From Octopus vulgaris (taxonomy: Eukaryota): DNA of 64,000 nt. This document shows positions 61,231 through 64,000 of the stretch, piece after piece; position 1 is the first letter of the stretch; each line of letters begins with the position of its first letter. The DNA is taken from the NCBI GenBank assembly GCA_951406725.2, contig OX597824.1, positions 42,842,001-42,906,000 on the forward strand, in the 5' to 3' direction. Below the pieces are notes generated by a model. The model made no database searches. It was given only the letters and a program-made list of their open reading frames with translations, and was not told the DNA's origin. A program made the translations under genes and the position numbers.

Positions 61231-62599
61231 AGTGCCAGTTATATGTATTGTGTAACACTGCGATCTCTTATGTTATATTGTGCCATACTCTGTTGTGTTA
61301 CCTTTCGTCATATTATGTTTTTTTTATTGTTATATTGTGTTATGTTGTGAGAATGCTACATTGTATTGCGCTGTGCGATGTTTCATCACATTATCTTGTG
61401 TGGTGGTATTTTACGTGCTTTTCTTTTCGTGGCATGGTCTGTTGTGTCAAACAGTGTTACATTCCTTATATTGGATTATATTATAATCTGTTGTGTTATG
61501 TTGTGATAGGCGCCGGCTTGGCTGTGTGGTAAGAAGCTTGCTTCCCAATCATATAGTTCTGGGTTCAGTCCCACCGCGTAGCACCTTGAGCAAATGTATT
61601 CTACTATAGTATTGAGAGTGGATTGCTCGGGAGCGTGTGTGTGTTGTGTCCTGTCATCGTTTGACAACAGGATAACTGCTGCTGATATCTGTGTGCCCCC
61701 ACTCCGTAACTTAGCAGTTCGACATAAAAGACCGATAGAATAAGGACCAGGCTTACAAAATAAATACTGCGGTTGATTCGTTTGACTTCAAGGCGGTACC
61801 CCACTATAGCTGCGGTCCACCGATTTGTTTCAGATAAAAGGATCTGTTATGTAACGCTGTGTTGTATTCTGTGTGAAGTGTTGTATTGTGTTGTGTACTA
61901 TATTAGATTTTTGCGTTGTGCAGTGTTGTGTTGTTTCATATCGGATGACGTCCATGAGTCTTCTTCCCTTAAGGTGTTTCTAAATTCATATAAGAGAATC
62001 CTCTTTCTCTTTTGATACTGGCTGATTTCCGTTGAATTTTCTGTTCGATATTTTAACAATATTGTGCGTTTTAATTTTCCAACTCGGTATTTCGTGAGTT
62101 TGAACCGTCTTACCACCGAATTGATGGATTTGGTATACAACCTAGACTTGATGCATTTTTCTTTTTATATATGAAGTGAAGCTGTCGGATGGTTATTCCG
62201 ATCTTGAGACAACAGAACACAATGTTTCTCAGCGCCATGGTACCTTGGTTATAGCTTAGAATATTTCGTTTTCTATTTTTCCCCCAAGATTCTTGATGTG
62301 AACTAGGGTGTTAAATACGTGAACGTAGAAACACGCCCTCACATCACGAGAAGAAACAACTCTATGGAATTCATCCACCAACATATGCCAAACACAACAG
62401 ATTGATTGATTAACCAACTGATTAATAGGTTAGTTGGTTGAGTAGCTAACAACTGATGAATAATAATATAGAAGCGAAGTTGAACCGAGGCATGTGTTTA
62501 GTATTGACGTAATGACCCTCCCGAGATACAAAGAAGTCTTTTTTAATATACGAGTTCCCATTAAGGATTTTGTAAACCAAATACAAAGACCAAATATCA

Positions 62600-63200
62600 T
62601 GTTGTGCTATGCCGTCTTTCATTGTTATGTTGTCTTGCATTGTTATGCTGTCTTGTATTGTTATGTTATACTCTGATGTCACATGCTATTCGTATTGCTT
62701 TACATTGTGCTATGATGTGTTGTGTTCTATTATCTGATGTTGTGTTCTTTTATGATATACATATTGTATTTTATATTACATTCAGTTATGTTAAGTTCTC
62801 ATGTTGCGTTGTGTTGTGTTACTGAGTTTGCTTTGCTGCGTTGTACTCGTGTTGTGCGATTTTTCTTTTGTCGTATTGTATTACGTTGCATGTGTTATGT
62901 TGTACTACGTTGTGTTATATTACACTTTTGTGTTGTGCTCTGTTGAAGTTTTTCATTTTTTTTTTTTTTTTGCATTTTCGTGTTATGTTGTGTTGTGTTG
63001 TGTTGCGTTGTTTGATGTAGTGCTATATGTTGTTATGTTGTGATATATTGTACTGTAATACACTGTGTTTATTGTATTAAGTTGTAGTAGCGTATAGCGT
63101 TGTGCTGTGATTCTAAGCGACGTTATCTTGTGCTATGTTTTAACAGTGTCATGTAATGTTGTGTGAGTTGTTTGTGCCTGGTTGGTTGTGTTTTGCTAAG
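62600..63200. repeat. Degenerate (TGTTG/TGTTA)n pentanucleotide-type simple repeat; further tracts at 60140-60295, 61240-61505, 61845-61935
   Basis: Strongly T/G-skewed runs such as tgttgtgttg; source of the Cys/Val-rich ORFs. Confidence 0.85.
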
Positions 63201-63614
63201 ATTGTGTTCCATTTTAAACAAAAATTATCCAATAGATGAAACGTGGAAATTGTAAATTCAACCTGTATTCATTGTCAAAAATGAGTTCATCGAGCGCAAC
63301 GGCCCGATAGACAACAACAGGATAAAAAAAAAAAGCAAAAAAAACTAAGGCAGAATGTTGTTTTTTTTTTCTTTGTTTGGAAACGAGTTGTGAGAGATGT
63401 AAAGAAAGGAAGATAAATTCTCAATGTCAAATTACTTGTGAATGTTTCTAATTTCTTTCCTTTGTGTAGCCCTACAGAGATTAAACTGGTGAGAAAGAAA
63501 AGATATAGAGAGAAAGAGTGTGCACGAGCGCATGTATGCGCTAATTGGCTTTAAGGTTGGCCGAGACAAATGGGTAAATAGATAGAGAGAGACAGAGGAG
63601 GAAAGAGAGAGAGA

Positions 63615-63653
<39 letters not shown>

Positions 63654-64000
63654 AGGGAGAGAATTAGTATACATGATAAACTAACAACTGTTGATAAAAC
63701 CAACACCGAGCAGAGTAGCCAGTATCTCTAATTAATTCTTGAAAATGAGATTCCATATATAACCAGCGGTAGACTCTCAGGGGATAACTTACTAAGAAAC
63801 TGCTGAGCCTAGCTGATTGGCCTGTTTTAGCTAGTGGAAAAGCATATATATATATATACATATACATATACATACATACATACATACATACATACATACA
63901 TACACACACACACATATATATATATATATGTGTGTATATACATATACACACATACTTACATACACACATATATAAATAAATACATATAGACACTACGATA

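Noticed and set aside
61898-62230. 80-aa minus-strand ORF with a faint Penelope GIY-YIG-like phrase (KYRTENSTEISQY)
   Set aside because: No GIY/YIG motifs in frame; similarity too weak to call without a profile search.
62452-62482. CTGATGA...CGAAG as another hammerhead
   Set aside because: No stem II pairing and no GAAA or cleavage-site geometry.

Overview
AT-rich, microsatellite- and transposon-dense animal genomic DNA. The SINE/MITE repertoire looks like octopus, but this is inferred from repeat appearance and not verified. The main feature is one minus-strand multi-exon gene, a Claspin (CLSPN/Mrc1-like) checkpoint mediator. I assembled it by hand as 25 phase-consistent GT-AG exons from an ATG at 53039 down to 1733 (about 1246 codons); the 3' end is unresolved. 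An E2F + CHR-like + NRF1-like motif cluster lies about 130-155 bp upstream of the ATG. Introns and the upstream region hold several tRNA-type SINE families, RTE, CR1, R4/Dong-like and HERO-like LINE fragments, two mariner relics, a gypsy-like gag relic, a piggyBac relic, TTAA/hAT/foldback MITEs and a Helentron-type element. The most unusual signals are RNA structures: a near-intact minimal type I hammerhead ribozyme (15845-15915, +), a decayed hammerhead whose three core segments lie in non-circularly permuted order in a LINE 3' UTR (8187-8250, -), two decayed mini-hammerheads in (TA)n-embedded elements, and a ~267-bp intronic palindrome. Most short ORFs in the supplied track are artefacts of repeats.
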